Shown here: one piece after another, positions 36,510 to 50,398 of the stretch | Layout: every line of letters begins with the position of its first letter | Position numbering within the stretch: position 1 is the first letter of the stretch | Origin: Amoebophrya sp. A120 | Lineage: Eukaryota; Protista; Dinoflagellata | DNA: 64,000 bases | Direction: 5' to 3' | Assembly: GCA_905178155.1 (NCBI GenBank) | Contig: CAJINV010000005.1 | Coordinates: 3,403,716 to 3,467,715, forward strand | Program-made: the position numbers and the translations under genes | Notes under the pieces: model-generated | Told to the model about the DNA's origin: nothing | Databases searched by the model: none | The model's input: the letters and a program-made list of their open reading frames with translations, nothing else

Positions 36510-37180
36510 CTTAAAGTAGTTTATTTTCAGTCATGTGGTCTTCATCTTCTTCAGGAACCACTTTAACTTTTCATAGAACGAAGCGAAATGAAAAACTCCA
36601 ATAGTCAAATACAGCTTTCTAGACGATACAGCGACAGGATACGATGTTTCCTTTCAAACAGCAGGTTCGGTGGGGAAACAACAGCGTCACTCTTTTTGCG
36701 GCCACGATTGCGGACCATTATCCGTCCCTTGTAGAAGGTCGTCGCGAAAGCTGTTTATGAGTCTACATTTTTTGCGACAGAGAAAAACAAGAACCGCAAG
36801 GAGATTTTTGTCAGCCAAGTGATATTAGCTCTTGAAGAGCTGAGGCTGCGGATGGCATCCACCGAATTTATTCATTTTATTGTCGTAGTCGTACATTCAA
36901 TTCGTCAAGACCAGCGACGCGCGCGCGCTCCACGTCGTGTCTACTTTGCAGTTTATTTGTATTTCAAGCAAAAACTTCGCTGGCACAAATGTGCATTTCT
37001 CTTCATCAAAAAGTCGTTGTCCGAGGTACAGTAAATGACTGTTGTAGCTGCACGGATGCAGAAGTTGTGCATTCTTCTTGGAAGTCGGCGGTCAATCCTT
37101 ATCACCGAAAAACAAGCTTCTTCTTCGGTTCGTCTTTGTAGTTGGCACGCCATCCTCGCAGTCCGAACATCAGCGCACTT

Positions 37181-40100
37181 CTATCCCCTCGTGCTGTTCT
37201 TGCTTCTCACGGCGGCCTGTGCACCTCCTGTCGCAGAAGATGGCATCGGGACCCCGTCACCGCTAATGTTCCCGACTCCAACCGTCGCCAGTGGATCAAG
37301 CGGCAATGCCGGGGCCAAGATAAACCCGTTCGGATTGCCCCAAGAAACCTGTTGCTGTTGCTGCTGCGCCGCGAGTTGTGCCGCTATTGCCGCTGGGTCG
37401 TTTGGATTCAGTTTATTTCGTGGCTCCGGAAAATACGCTATGCCGTTATTTGAAGATGAGTTTATTCCGTTGGCGTTGCTTGCTCGATGTTGTTGGTCTA
37501 GTGCCGGCTGTGGTGCAGCGCCAGGACCACGTGGTTGCTCCGCTGTGCTATTCCCTGTCGTTGCAGGAAGAGGACCAGGAGTTGTTCCATACAGTGGTTT
37601 CATCTTCCTCGGCTCTATCATCACTTTTGGTTGCTTCAAGCCGGCTGTTGGATTGGTACCATCGCCGATATAATTAACATCTGCTGCACCCCCTGCTCCG
37701 CCCACGACCCCACTTCCTGCTAGTCTCGAATTCCCCGCATTATAAGATGACCCACTCCTGCCGTCCTTGCTGCTAGCCACCAAATTGTTCCCCGCGTCCT
37801 TATCCGTCGGTTTTTTGTCCGGCCTGAATTCCCGAATGTCCGCGGAATTCACCGCCAGCTGGTTGTTTGCCCACCAAACGCGGTTGCGTCTCCGCAGTTT
37901 GATGATTTTCTTTATGCATTGCAAAAGTATCGCACTCGTATAAAATGCATTACAAATTTTCCCAAGAAAAAAAATCAATTTGTCATGCTATTTCAGGTAG
38001 AAAGTTGGATTTGTCATGCATATCTGCAATTAGTACGAGTACGATACTTTTGCACAGGATATTCTTGTACGGCCGTTTGCTGTACTTCGGCATCCGCAGC
38101 TGGTGCTCGAATAATTCGTATCAAATGCAAAAGTGTCTGGGTCTGGAAACTTGTGATGCTGAGTGGCGTATCATGAGGAGGCCACAAGTGCTGGCTCAGC
38201 ATGACAAGCTTCTGAGCTTCTGTTCTAGGTGTTGCTTACTCTGCATGACAGACTGCGTTTCTGCATGACAGAAAAGTGGGGCTGTTGCCGAACGTGCATG
38301 ACAGATTTAAGAGTCATGCCAGACAAGCATGCCAAACATGCACTCTTCCAGACCCAGACATATTTGCATTTGATAATTCGTCTTGCTGCGACACTTGTCG
38401 ACTGCCGGATGTTCTACTTCCAATAGGACCTCCTCCTGGTATTACAACAGCATTGTTCCCGCTAGTATTCAAGAACCCACCGTCCTCATCCCCGGAGCCG
38501 GCTCCCCCGCCGGGTTCGAAAACACTGGAACTCGGTTCCGGGCCGCCGATGGAAGAGAGGTTTTTCACGTTCTGGCTCTGGGTGCTGGTCGTCATCCTGA
38601 TGCGCGGAGTCGCGTTGGCGTCGGAAGATGGCTGCTCTTCGAAAGGGTCTTGTTCCCGAGGACGTGTGCTGGACGTGGAGGTTCCATTTGAAGATTTGGC
38701 TTTCGTTGACGATGTTGCTTTCACCGTAGTTGTTCCCTCCGGTAAAATCTGGTTTGCCGAAATCAAAGCACCAGTCGTCGCTGTGCTGGAATGAGATTGA
38801 TGCGAAGAGGACGAGTTTAATATTCCTGTAGGCCCCGTCGACGTCAGAGATTGTCTCATTCGATGTTGGTTCCGGGTCCACGACGCTGCGTCGGTCGACC
38901 CAGGAGGAATACCAGCCATGTTCATCGCCGCCACACTTTCCCGGTCGGGCGGCTCTGACCCGTCCTTGCTTGACGCCGAATTATAGAGCTGCGTCGTGTT
39001 GATCGCGTTTATTGGATTTCGGTTTGAAAACTCCGCGTTTAAGAGCACTGAACGGATCAAAAACTTCCTCCTCTTCGCTTTCAATGGTTCGTCGGTTGTT
39101 TCGAAGTCAGACGCGGAGTCGTATTCGTCTGGCTGATTATCCATTTTCGACGTCGTGTCTACTTTCTTTGCTCTGCTACTTGTTGTTCCCTGCGGACTGC
39201 GACTTTTTTTTGTTCGGTTTTTATCAGGTGATAAAGAAGCCGTGGCGTGTGCTTTCAGGCTTGCGGCCTTGTCTTTCACGGCTTGAAGGGCAGCTTCACG
39301 ACGAGTTGTAGGTACAGTACCGTGCTTCCCTCCTGTTGTAGATGATTCAGATTCTACTGCTCCTGCAGGGGCCCCCACGAATGCGCTGCTGCCGTTTGGC
39401 GCCGTGGGCAGATCCGAAGTTGTCGCCCCTGGTAGTACTATCAGCTTCCCGGTCTTTGGATCCCGCCGGCGCGTGATTTGCGGCTCGCCAGGAGGACTAA
39501 ATAGTGGTGGTTGTGATCCTCCCGAGGATGCTACCTGTGGTGGTCTTGTTGTGGTCTGCGTGTCACTTGAGCTCGACACCGAACTGCTAGTCTCGTAGTA
39601 GGGGTCGCGCGAAGTAGAGGACTGCGCGGAAGAACCTCCAGGACCGCCGGTGACGGAGGGTGTAGCCGTTCCTGTTGATTGTTCACCACCAGGAGGATTA
39701 TTCGTACCAAAATTCTTCTCCCGGATCGTTGCTGTGGTCGCGACGCTTTGCGAGTCCATTCCGCCGTCTTGAGAAAAACTTCGCTGCTCTTGTTCCAATA
39801 TCCTGTGCAAAAGTATCTGTATCGTACTCGTAGTAATCGGAATCATGCATGACAAATCTCCCTCCTAACCTAAATCCGCATTACAAATTCCATTTTTCAT
39901 GTTGACGGAATTTGTCATGCGATTTATACTAGTACGATGCTTTTGCATTTCATATCCAACACGAATTGCTGCTTGATCTGCCTTCTACTGTACTCCACGA
40001 GCAAGTCTTCGGAGTCTGTCCTTTGCTCCAAAAATTTGTCTATCAAATGCAAAAATGTCTGGGTCTGGAAAAGTGTAAACTTGTCATGCAGGTTTTCCAT

Positions 40101-42510
40101 GACCCATGAGGTCTAGAATGCGGGACCTAGCATGACAGACTCTGTGAGGTCTCTGTCATGCCTATCCTGCATGAGAAACAACCTCCCAACTTGTTCGAAA
40201 GTGGCCAGCTTTTTGCACTCATGCAGCAACACAGATTTTTGCATGATTCGGATTTAGCATGAGAAGTTGCAATCTTCCAGACCCAGACATATATTGCAAT
40301 CCATATTGTCCGCCGCTGCTTGATCCCCGTTGGTCAAGAGTTTCGCCAGCTGATCCACCGTATCCTGTGCAAAAGTATCGCTCTCGTACTAATTGCAATC
40401 ATGCATGACAAATCTTCTTGTTTCTTAGCGAAATCAGCATTACAAATTCCATTTTTCCTTCTGGAAAAATTTGTATTGCGATTTATACTAGTACGATTAC
40501 GATACTTTTGCAATGCATACACCGTTTTGTCCCGCTCCGCCAGGGCTTCGGAGGAGAGGGAAGAAATGGACTTCGACGTGGACTTCATTCGGACATTTTC
40601 CGGCGTTCTGCGCAACACTTCGTCCCACTGCTCTTCTGTGTTCAGCACTTCAATCGTCGGGCTGGTATTGTCAGCAGATAGCAGGTTAATCATGCCGCCA
40701 GGACTTGTGGCTGTGGCTAGGCTTGCTTGTTCTTCTCCTGCTGCGGTAAGAACATTCGAAGCAGAAGCGGAGGGTGTCTTGTCCGCAGCGGCCTGCTCTT
40801 GCAGCTCCTGCGCGGCTACCGTTTGCCTCTCTTCCGCCTCTTCGGCGGGTCTTTCGTCCTCATTCTGCTCACCAGCGGTTCCTGTACTCCGTAGCAACTG
40901 ATTCTCCTCTAGCAGTGTTGACTGCACTCCCTTGCTGTCCAGATTGTGCTTCAAGAAGTACATCACGCACCGCGTCACTAAACGCGGCAACTCCAGATGC
41001 ATGTGGTGTGTGCAACCCTGGATCACCCCGATGTCCCCGATGTACGCTCCGCCTTGCCGATCCATCCAGTCGGAGTCTCCGTAGAATGAGATCAGTGGAC
41101 AGTCGAAATTATCCTGTGCAAAAGTATCGTACTCGTATTGCAATCATGCATTGCAAATCTTTATCTTAAGGGTCCATCCGCATTACAAATTTTATCTCGC
41201 ATGCTGGGGAAATTTGTAATGCATTTATACGAGTACGATACTTTTGCATTTCATAGAACTCAACCCGCTCAATCAGGGGCTCCTCGTGTCTGGTAATCAA
41301 ATAATTCCCAAAAACAGCGGTCAGAGCCGATTCCGTGCCCACCGGACAGCTGCAGTTCATGTACGCGAGATGATCGACGAAAGCATCGAGCTCCGGCCCC
41401 GGGGGAACGGCGGAAAGCCGGGAACGCAGCACTTTGCGGAAAACGAACTCTCCCACCGCACCGAGTCGTTTCGCCGTGGCGAAGGGACCACCGTCGGACT
41501 GAAACACGTCCATCATGAACTCGACGGCGTGCTCCTTCACGCCCTTTTCATCTTCCCCCGGGGCGCGGGATTTCGGGAACCCGAAACACGGGGAGAGAAG
41601 GACGAGGGCGGCGATACTGTTGTTTATTTCGATTTGGAATTTGATTTTGAATGAAGGCTTTGATCGTTTTGATGTTCGCTGGAACAGGAAGAATATGAGA
41701 CTCAGCATGTTGAGCATGACAAGAACCGACATCGATTTTTCCAGCCGCGCATGACAAATAAACGTAAATTCATCTCGCACACGAGTGTACCGTTCTTTCA
41801 CCGTGTGCGCGAACGCGGTTCCAACGTACGCCCCAAACGAGTGCGCGACCAAGACAAATTTCTGCTTCTCGCCCAGGATAGTATTGCACCAAAACCGCAG
41901 CCGGCGGTTGAAAAACATCTCCACTTCATGCGGGGACCGGAACATCCGCTCTTTTCTCGTAGACGCCCCCATCCCCGGCAGGTCCAGGAAGAACAGCGGG
42001 CCGGCCCAGCGCTCCACCAGAAACTTCATCATGCGGTAGTACTGGCAGAGACTCCCGCCATAGCCATGGATGAAAATCATAGGCAGACCACCCCCGATTC
42101 CACCGCGGCCGTGACCTGTTTATTTTTTGTTTGCATTTGTATTGCACGGAGGTGCACGACCAGCTGCAGGACGTTCTTTCGTAGTTAGTTTCATTCGTTC
42201 TTGTGCATGACATTTTTTTTCTACTTGTGTAAAAACAAGCAGACAATAGTCCAAAAATTATACATTCCGCGAAGTGGAAGGTCTCTCCCGGGCGGTGCGG
42301 TATCCGCATGTCGTGAATCTGCACGGTGCATCTGGCGTGCTTGAGCAACCTTTTTTCAAACGTCGCGAGTTGGGATTCCCCGGGATCGCTGGGCGAGGAA
42401 TTTTTCGAGTCGGTTTTGTTGTTGTTCCAAATCGACGTCGTTACAGAGGAACTCGGGTCTTTATTCGCGCTGCTCCTACCTCCACCGTTTTTCGACTGGT
42501 CGTTGCCCAT
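37181..42510 (-). CDS. Alpha/beta hydrolase (ABHD4/5-like) with a long disordered C-terminus, 9 exons
   Basis: N-terminal MG, IHGYGG, LDLPGMGAS, AHSFG nucleophile elbow, YGDSDWMD, HHMHLE. Two GT-AG introns plus six introners give a continuous frame. Confidence 0.85.
37913..38061. mobile_element. Introner family B
   Basis: Family B TIRs; perfect direct repeat TTCTT; join RPYKKIIKL. Confidence 0.9.
38119..38375. mobile_element. Introner family A
   Basis: Family A TIRs; perfect direct repeat ATTCG; join QDELFEHQL. Confidence 0.9.
39799..39954. mobile_element. Introner family B
   Basis: Family B TIRs; perfect direct repeat TCCAA; join QFVLEQEQR. Confidence 0.9.
40041..40305. mobile_element. 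Introner family A
   Basis: Family A TIRs; perfect direct repeat TTGTC; join AADKFLEQ. Confidence 0.9.
40361..40519. mobile_element. Introner family B
   Basis: Family B TIRs; perfect direct repeat CACCG; join DKTVDQLAK. Confidence 0.9.
41110..41255. mobile_element. Introner family B
   Basis: Family B TIRs; flanks GAAAT/GAACT; join ERVEFDCPL inside the hydrolase domain. Confidence 0.88.
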
Positions 42511-43954
42511 GGTGGTAAGTCGCTCGTCGTGTGCTGCGGGGGAAGGCAGAGAGAAAACGTAGAAATGAATTACAGGGACGAGGGTAGTACAAGTCCAGTT
42601 CGTTGAAACAAGCACAATCGAAGAGCTGGATTCAAGGCTTGAGACGTGGCGGTGGCAGACGAAGATGACTATGCCCTTTTGCAGGAGCCGGAGCCACTTG
42701 TGTGGCACAGCGAGTCACACTTCGGCTCACAGCGAAAGGGACTACTGTTCCATCGAACGATCGTTGTGTGGCAAACCGAAGCTTCGTCCGCTGGCGATGG
42801 CGAAAGTAGGCTTCAACTACCTACCTTTCCTACCGCGGAAGCGGAACGAGTAGCCGAAGCGCCGTAGTAAGTTGGTTCATTCATCTTTTGATACAATCAT
42901 GTCGAATCATTAACATTTATCTGCATTGTGTTCACTTTGCCTTAGCCTTTGTTGGAAATCGCCGGCGTAAGGAGCCACATTATATATAGCTCTGTGCTCC
43001 AAGGAAACCTCTTGGAATTAAGTATCGGGAAGACGTGGCGTTGTGCGATTTTCGCGCAAATGTCTCTATGATTCGACTTCATCTTCCGAGAATTACTTTG
43101 TCGCTCTGCGAGGATGTCGAGGCGGGTGACCACAATGCATAGCGACAGAAACTACTACCATGAATGATTCTCTCAAACAGCATCATGTTATTCAAGTTTG
43201 CGATACCAAGTCGATTTAAATCATACACGAAGAGAAAAAGCCAGTACTTACTACTTGCATGCGATATAATAGTGACAGGGAGGTCTACGCCTAGATGCTA
43301 TGGTTAGTGTAAAGTTCTTGGTGGAGTACATTGAGAACAAACTTGGCAGAAAGCACATACAGAAAACCAAAACTGTTGCAGTGAAAGCGATGCACTTCAC
43401 ACAACAAATGCGAAAACTATTTTGTGGTGAGGCTGATGTCCTAGGGGCAGCCAGCACAGCGTAGCATTTTACACATTGACAAACGTCAATCATCAAGTGA
43501 ATGAGGATCCTGGTGATGTTTCATCAATCGCGAAGTCAGATGAATTATTTCTGCCAAAGTACACTTTCTGTCGTATGAAATTCCAGTACTCCTATGTGTT
43601 CGTCTTAGTCTTAATTTGATTTTTGCAGTGACGCACACCGACATCATTTCTTGCCTCTGGTTGCCTTTCTTACTCTGTCGAATGTACTTCATCAAGTTCA
43701 GAGAGAACACATTCACACAGAAAGGGTCGGGTTTGGGGGTCGAGCTCTAGGCACTCCATCAAGGTAGCGCCGTAGTTATGTCACGCTGCACTAACTAGGT
43801 TTCATCCTTTGGCTTTGGTGTTCTTGACTCGGCCAACCAAACCCTGTGACGCTATGGAAGGTGCAATAGTCCTCACAGCTGCCTGATCTTTTTCCGCGTG
43901 AAGAGCGTTGCTAATATTGAAGCTTCGGGTCAAAGTACACCTTCAGCGCGCTGC

Positions 43955-44821
43955 TCATACTATACACCCTTCCTCTTCATTTTGCTCGCGTAAACCAAAA
44001 ACGCCAGCTCTACTATCCCGCAGCCACCGAGCTCTCTCATACAGGCAAATCGACACTGTGTGCGCCACATTCAGGCTGCTGTGCGGTTCGCGGGCCTGCG
44101 GGATATGCGCGAACGAATCGCATGTCTCCAGCACTTCCTCCGGTACGCCAGTGTCTTCGGCGCCGAAGACAAAACAATGAGACCCGTGTTGCTGCAAACT
44201 GTCGATCGGCTGGAAGGCGCGGGCTTGCAGCGGCGGCAGGTTTTTGTCGCACCACGGTCTTGGCGCAGTTATTGTCACGCAACTGTCATCGAAAGGTCTT
44301 GGTGTTTGCGCTTCCGTTTGTGTTTCAGGAAGCCTGGTTTCCTGCATGTTTTTCTGTGACTGGCGGGTTTCCTGGACGAATCCTGGAATTTCCTTCTCGA
44401 TCGCGGTGATGTGATACGAGTTTGAGTTTCCTTTTCCACTGTCTGGGCCTACTTCCATTTGTGAGAGGTGCGCCTCGTCCACCAAGAATGAGGATCCATT
44501 TTTATTTTCCCTTACATCCATACGTCGCTTCAAGCGACTCAGCAATGTCGTGATTCCACCGTACTCGCCAAAAGCAGTTGTCGTAACACCATTAGGCGAT
44601 ATCCACTTCATCTTCAACGCATACTCACATCGCTTGACCATTCCAACCCGCTCTGCCTGTGGTCTCAGTTTGGACTCCTCTTCCGATGCGATAATCAACC
44701 CGTCCGCGCCGAGGAGAGCGCAGGAGCGCATGACACCACCGATGTTGCTCGGAAACCGGGGGTTGCAGAGGAGGACGAGAGTGCGGGGGCGGGTTGGGAT
44801 GATGGAAGAGCAGGCTTGCAT
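43955..44821 (-). CDS. SpoU/TrmH-family RNA methyltransferase
   Basis: PSNIGGVMRSCALLG, FVFGAEDTGV, HIPQ...SLNVAHTVSICLYE. Confidence 0.88.
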   Translation of the reverse strand: MQACSSIIPTRPRTLVLLCNPRFPSNIGGVMRSCALLGADGLIIASEEESKLRPQAERVGMVKRCEYALKMKWISPNGVTTTAFGEYGGITTLLSRLKRRMDVRENKNGSSFLVDEAHLSQMEVGPDSGKGNSNSYHITAIEKEIPGFVQETRQSQKNMQETRLPETQTEAQTPRPFDDSCVTITAPRPWCDKNLPPLQARAFQPIDSLQQHGSHCFVFGAEDTGVPEEVLETCDSFAHIPQAREPHSSLNVAHTVSICLYERARWLRDSRAGVFGLREQNEEEGCIV

Positions 44822-45557
44822 GCTCCGAAGTTTGGTTTTAGATTTGTTTCACTTCTAGAAGTGCGTACGTCGTGACAACTACAGTAGATCCGGCAAAGGC
44901 ACTCAAGTCAAACCAAGGATTGATTGCACCAACAAGAAGAACAATTAGCTTGCGCAGACTTTGGTCGTTGAAGATAGCGAAATACTTATACGCGACACTG
45001 GATGGAAACTTCACAAGGCGAAGGCGGAGCGGCGCAAATAATAATAAATGGAAATCGATATAATTGAAAAAAGCCATGTACGTCTGGGGCCCCAAGATGA
45101 ACATGATCTGCTTGCTTGCAACCAATCTGTACAATCCAAAAAAAAAACACTCCTGCCTGGTAACCAAACAAATGATCACACCGCGCTAGCGCGTCCACGG
45201 CTTCCACTTGATGATCCCTGTGGAGCATGATACGAAGGAATGTGGTAACTCGCCTGCGTGCAAGGAGACAACAAATTTTGCGGACTTTTTTAAGCAGAAC
45301 GGCCAGAAAGTACCTAACACAGCGAGAAATGCTATGGGAACCAACGGGGAAGAACACTCAAAATCAACGCCGACAAATAAAATCAAACAAACAATCAAAA
45401 ATGCGGCCACGGCGCTCGACAATCACTCAGCGAACTGCCAAGCGACTGAGACAAGACATGCTCACCTCACTCAGGACGGGGGCGCCTGGCTTCACTGAGT
45501 GGCGCATACTTACAGTTCAAGCCTGCAGGCAGGGTGGGGCGGGGCGCGAAAGAGTGA

Positions 45558-48020
45558 TGCGGCCGGTGGCGAAAAAGAATCAACCAGGCCCCGGCGCACA
45601 ATCAGCGCAGATGCACGCATCGCAACGATCTCCACCACAGCTGGCGGAGTACCTATGCCAACCACCCAATAAAGACCGGCCGCGGCGTGCGTGGGCATGA
45701 TATGCGGGCACGCGGAGAGATACTCGGTGCGCAGGGTGACCCGGGGAGAGGTCGGCCGTGAGGGGGGGGCAGACCGCCCCCCCGGGGCAAAGGGCCGAGC
45801 GACCCGACGCGCGTCCGACAGGCCCTCGCCCCCGGGCCAACCGATTGGGCCGCCCGGCCGGCTTCCATGCCGCGGCCCCTGCGCTGACTTAGCCCGAGGG
45901 GGGCCCCTGCGGGCGTGATGCGCTGCGTCGGCTCCGCGGGCTTGTCCGCCTCCTCTTCCCAACTTCATCGCGAAGGAGTTCGCTTCGCGCGTTGTCGCTG
46001 TCGGTCGTCGGGAAGGCGCGCCGCCGCGTCATTACCGGGAACTGTGCCGCCGCCTTCCTCCCGCAGACGCCAGGCATCTATCTATTCGGAGCTCCCATCC
46101 GCGCGCGGCCAGAAAGTTCGCAAGCGCGGCAATTTGGGCAACCAGCGGCGGCCGAGACGAACAGTCGGCGGCCCACAGCGAGAGGCCATGTAGGTCAGCC
46201 ACGCCGTGAGTTGTCTACGTGCGCCGCTGCTGCTCTTCGGCGCAACAAATACCAAGCAGAGATCTAGGAAGAAACTCCTGGCGACTTCTCATGCCGCCTT
46301 CGCCTTCTCCTATACCGTGGACGCACACGACTGACGCAAAATCTGTAGAGCCATAAACTTACAGTGTGTCTTCTTTCTATCACTGTCTCTCAACAGACAA
46401 CACGGCTGCTCCTCTCGGACCTTGGAGATGACCGTAACCAATCACCAAAAGTGCAGAAAAACCCTCGAAAAGACTCGCTCATAAACGGATCGCCCTCTAT
46501 GGATATCTATGGAAGTAGAATCTGCCACAACAACCGGCACCAACACGCACTCGTTGTGTCAACTCCTCGCAGAACCACGAAGATATTTATCAAGCTGCTG
46601 CAGGAAGATGAACAGCGTTTTCTTTTTTCTTGTATTTTGATACTAGTATCTTGATAGTGGTGGTGCTGCACACACTTCAATGTCGCGCTTACTGCATCAA
46701 CATAATTAAGAAACAGTTACTCAATCAATTCATGAGATGGATGTAGTTGTATTCATCTCCTCCTCCTCTGCGGCCGGCCCCGGCGGCGAAAGAGAATCTA
46801 TCAACCAGGGCCCGGCGCACAATGAGCTCAGATGCGAACAACACAACGGGCCCAAGAGTTGGAGGACCCACAACTTGGCCACATGGGTGGCAGGTTGGAA
46901 GCCTTCGTGCCCCGGCCAGCCTCGGTGTGGAGCACAACACACGCGCGCGGAAGATCAACAGGGTGGCGCGGGGCGGAGAGGGGGGGCGAGGAAGGGCGCG
47001 CCCCCCGCCAGAAGGTGTCTCGGCTCTCGCCCGCGATGCCTTCGCGTCCGAGCGAACCAGCCGAGTTGCTCGGCCGCCATGCTGCGACCGCTTTGCGGAC
47101 TTACCTCCGAGGCCCCTGCGGGCAAGCTGCGCCGCTCGGCGGCGCAATACGAACACCGCGCCCGCCTGATGCTCAGCGCTGCCTCCGCCTTCCCGTCCGT
47201 CGCACGTGTCGTCGGCGATTTGCCGTTGTCCATTTGGACGGGCGCCGTCCTTGGGGGTCCGCATCCGACGGAGGCCAGATCGACGCCGGCAGGGGCGCCC
47301 GGTCCGCAAGTCCGCGAGCGCAGCATGGCGAACAGCGGGCGGCCGAAACCAACGAGCAGCGAGCCCGCGCCGGCGCAAGCAAGTAGGTCAGTTTGTTACG
47401 CCATGACTTTTCTACTTGTGCCGATGCTGCACTCCGGGAAAACAAACTACACAGAGCACAAAACTAGAGTAGAGAGAAGATCCTGTAGTTCCTGACCGTT
47501 CGCCATGCCGCCTTCACCTTCTCATCTCGCACCCTGGACGAACACCAGCTCTAGCGCTCGTCTGAGACCACCTGAACTAGAGCCATGAACTTACAACTTG
47601 TTATTCATTCATACTTCCTCTCACAACTCTCCTCGTACTCGCAACACGGTTGCTCTCGAACCTTGCAGGTGAACGTAAGTAACGGACACACATGCAGAGA
47701 AACCCTCGAAAGAATAACGCCCTACCTGGAGAAAGAATCTGCCAGAATAACCGTTACAAACACGCACTCGTAGAATCTGCGGTTGTCAACTACTCGCAGA
47801 ACCACGAAATTCACATTCTTCCTGCAGCAGGTGCAGGAAGATAAGCAACGTCTTCGTTTTCATTTTTGTATTTTGATATCTTCAAGGTAGTGCACATACT
47901 TCTTCGATGTCGCGCTTACTGCATCAGCAGAGTCAAAGAAAAGTCGTTCGATGATCTTCATCGTCATAAATTTATTCATGCGGAAGTTGTATCATGTATT
48001 CATCTCCTCCTTCTCTGCAC
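45558..48020. repeat. Diverged tandem duplication, about 1.2-kb unit: GC-rich block plus TSR2 3' end and flank
   Basis: 46189-46771 aligns by eye with 47382-48020. The GC blocks share a roughly 50-bp start motif at 45558-45614 and 46769-46835. Confidence 0.75.
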
Positions 48021-49273
48021 CGTTTCAAAGCCGTCCTCATCGATCGTCGGCATTTGCTGGTGATTTGCCACACCAAACCCACTGCCCGACATCCCGGCCA
48101 CGGGCCCCTTCCCCAATGACATGTCAAACTGTCCCACTGGTCGGTCGAAAATCTCCGATGCGGATATTTCCGGGTGTTGTACCTGCAGGTTCGGAACGTC
48201 TTCCTCACTGTCTCCCTCATCGTCCATGTCCACGTCCATATCGTTGTCGTCTTGCGGATTCGAGCCGCAATTTTGGATCGAGGACAGGTGGTTCAAACCA
48301 CTTCCTGCGGTTGTGTTCAGGAAGCTCCCCTGCTCTGCAATATTTGCGGGCGCACCAGTGCCGCAGGAGGCCGGAGAGGGTCCAGCAGGAGCGCCAGATG
48401 CTGATATCACGTTGCCATGCTCGTCTGCATACCTGAGATTGTTTTTTTTGAGAACAAACGATCGTGACAAGTATGTACAGAGTGGTAAAAAACGCAGTAT
48501 TCATCGGGGCAGGCTGTGAAGCCATGTCTGTTTATTGACATTGCAAATTGAAAACAGTGAATCATCAGTCTTACATTGTTCCATCCTGGAACTTGCAAGC
48601 GTTGACTTGTGCCACGGCTTGTGCCTGCAGGGCGATTTCTCGGTCGGCGAGGCTGTAGTCCTTCGCTCGGCACGTATCGAGGAGCTGAATACACTTCGTC
48701 GCTATTACGAGGTCGCCTGTAGGTGTGTGTTGAGTGAAAGGTAAGTTTTTTGCGTCGCGCAATTCCATTTCGATGTGATAACTTCTCGACGTTTGCCTTT
48801 GCTGCGTCGAATCCCAAAGAACCCAATAATCTGTGATCACATCCTCATGCACGGAACTCCATGCAGATGCAGGTGCAGCACATGCACCAGTTTTCAACAG
48901 AAACCTTCGACGCCTGAAACACTTACTGTTACTACATAACCAAGGTAAAAATACTGTCATCCTCCAACTCCGTGTCGCAGAACGCGTACATCTTCACACG
49001 TAAAAACTCCGCTAATTTGTCCACATCGGAGTCGTCCGGCTTTTTCAGCGTTAACGGCGGCCTTCTCCGGTCCAGCAGCACCGCGAACAACTCGTCCAAC
49101 AACTGGTTTACCCGACTCCTACTGTGCCTCCCGCACCACTCTTGGTCGACGATGAGCTGCACGACCGTCCATTTTCGGAAAACGGCGAAAACCCCGTCTT
49201 TGAATTTTTCCTCCCACTCCGCCGGGGCGTTGTGGCTCCCGAGGTTGGCCTGCTGGTGCGGTGCGGGGTCCAT
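48000..49273 (-). CDS. TSR2: Pre-rRNA-processing protein TSR2, 3 exons
   Basis: FKDGVFAVFRKWTVVQLIVDQEWCG (WGG-domain variant), FCDTELEDDS, and C-terminal DEDGFETVQRRRR. Confidence 0.8.
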
Positions 49274-50398
49274 GATTTCCTCAAAATAACGGGGGTATTT
49301 TTGCTTCCAAAGGGTGCCTTGACCGGGGGACTCTGGTCAGTTCTTCACACGTAAAAACTCAAGAATTTTTTACGTCGAGGTTGAAGTAATATGCGAGTGG
49401 TCGTAATTTCTGTTGTAGCAGCAATTGGTGGTGGTGCAAAAGACAACTTCACTCGAATCTCAGAACGTTTTACTATAATGACCCGGGCGTGGTCGAATAA
49501 TGCTAGACGGGGAAAGATCTAGTTGTTCTAGGTCAGTGGGGTGCCTGGAAACATGATATGCGGGTGGACAGATGTTCCAGCAATTCGTCCGACTTCTAGT
49601 AGCTACTGATTTCTTGCTCATTTTTGCGAGAGCCAAGGGATCGCCGGGACGAGCACAGAGTAAGTGGTGATCATGGTTTCAGCTCTGCGGAACGCATCTT
49701 TTTGTTGCTTTCTTTCAAGGACCACAGGGATCGATTTGATCAGGAGGCTTATTTTAGAAGTTCCATAGTGTTCAGATTGCACGGGCGTCTCTATAAAAAG
49801 TCAACCGATGATCACGACAATTTCCTCGACCACACTAAGATCCAGATCCATCAAGTGGTGGTTGGACCATTTCTGTAACATCGGTATGAAAAATGCATTC
49901 CTTTATCTTGCTGATGCACACGACGACCGACAACATGGAGACGATTCGAGCAGTCGCCAAAGCCGTAGCAGCTACCGCGGCATCTTCATTATCATTCCTC
50001 TGCTGTTCGTTTTTTGCAAATTTTGTACAGGATGAAACTTAAATTTGTGCAGCGAGCGGCGTCAGTTGCTTTTGGCAGCAGATATGCACTCCGGCGCCAA
50101 GCACTGCTGAGGTCACACTACAATTTACCTTCGCAGCTGCGCAATTTCGGATATTGCCTGAGTTTGATTTTTCCCTCTTTGCGTAGTATAATTTTTCCGA
50201 TAAGTATAATTGATCTTGATTCCATCACCATCTTCTCGTCTGTAGATTTGAAGATTTTCAGAAATTGCGTATAATTGAAGTTGATGTACCATAGACATAG
50301 TTAGACTTGTTTTCTTCAGCGTGTTTGATGTAGTATTCTCAAGTATAATCCATCGAGTTTCAGCGTCTTTCAGGTGAAAGCGAGCTTCACTAGCAACC

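Noticed and set aside
37913-41255. CRISPR-like repeat-spacer pattern
   Set aside because: The repeats are inverted pairs with irregular spacing inside a eukaryotic gene, and there are no cas genes.
44838-45422. Two hydrophobic in-frame ORFs upstream of the SpoU gene as a membrane-protein gene
   Set aside because: They are separated by a stop and have no motif or convincing splice pattern; cannot be supported.
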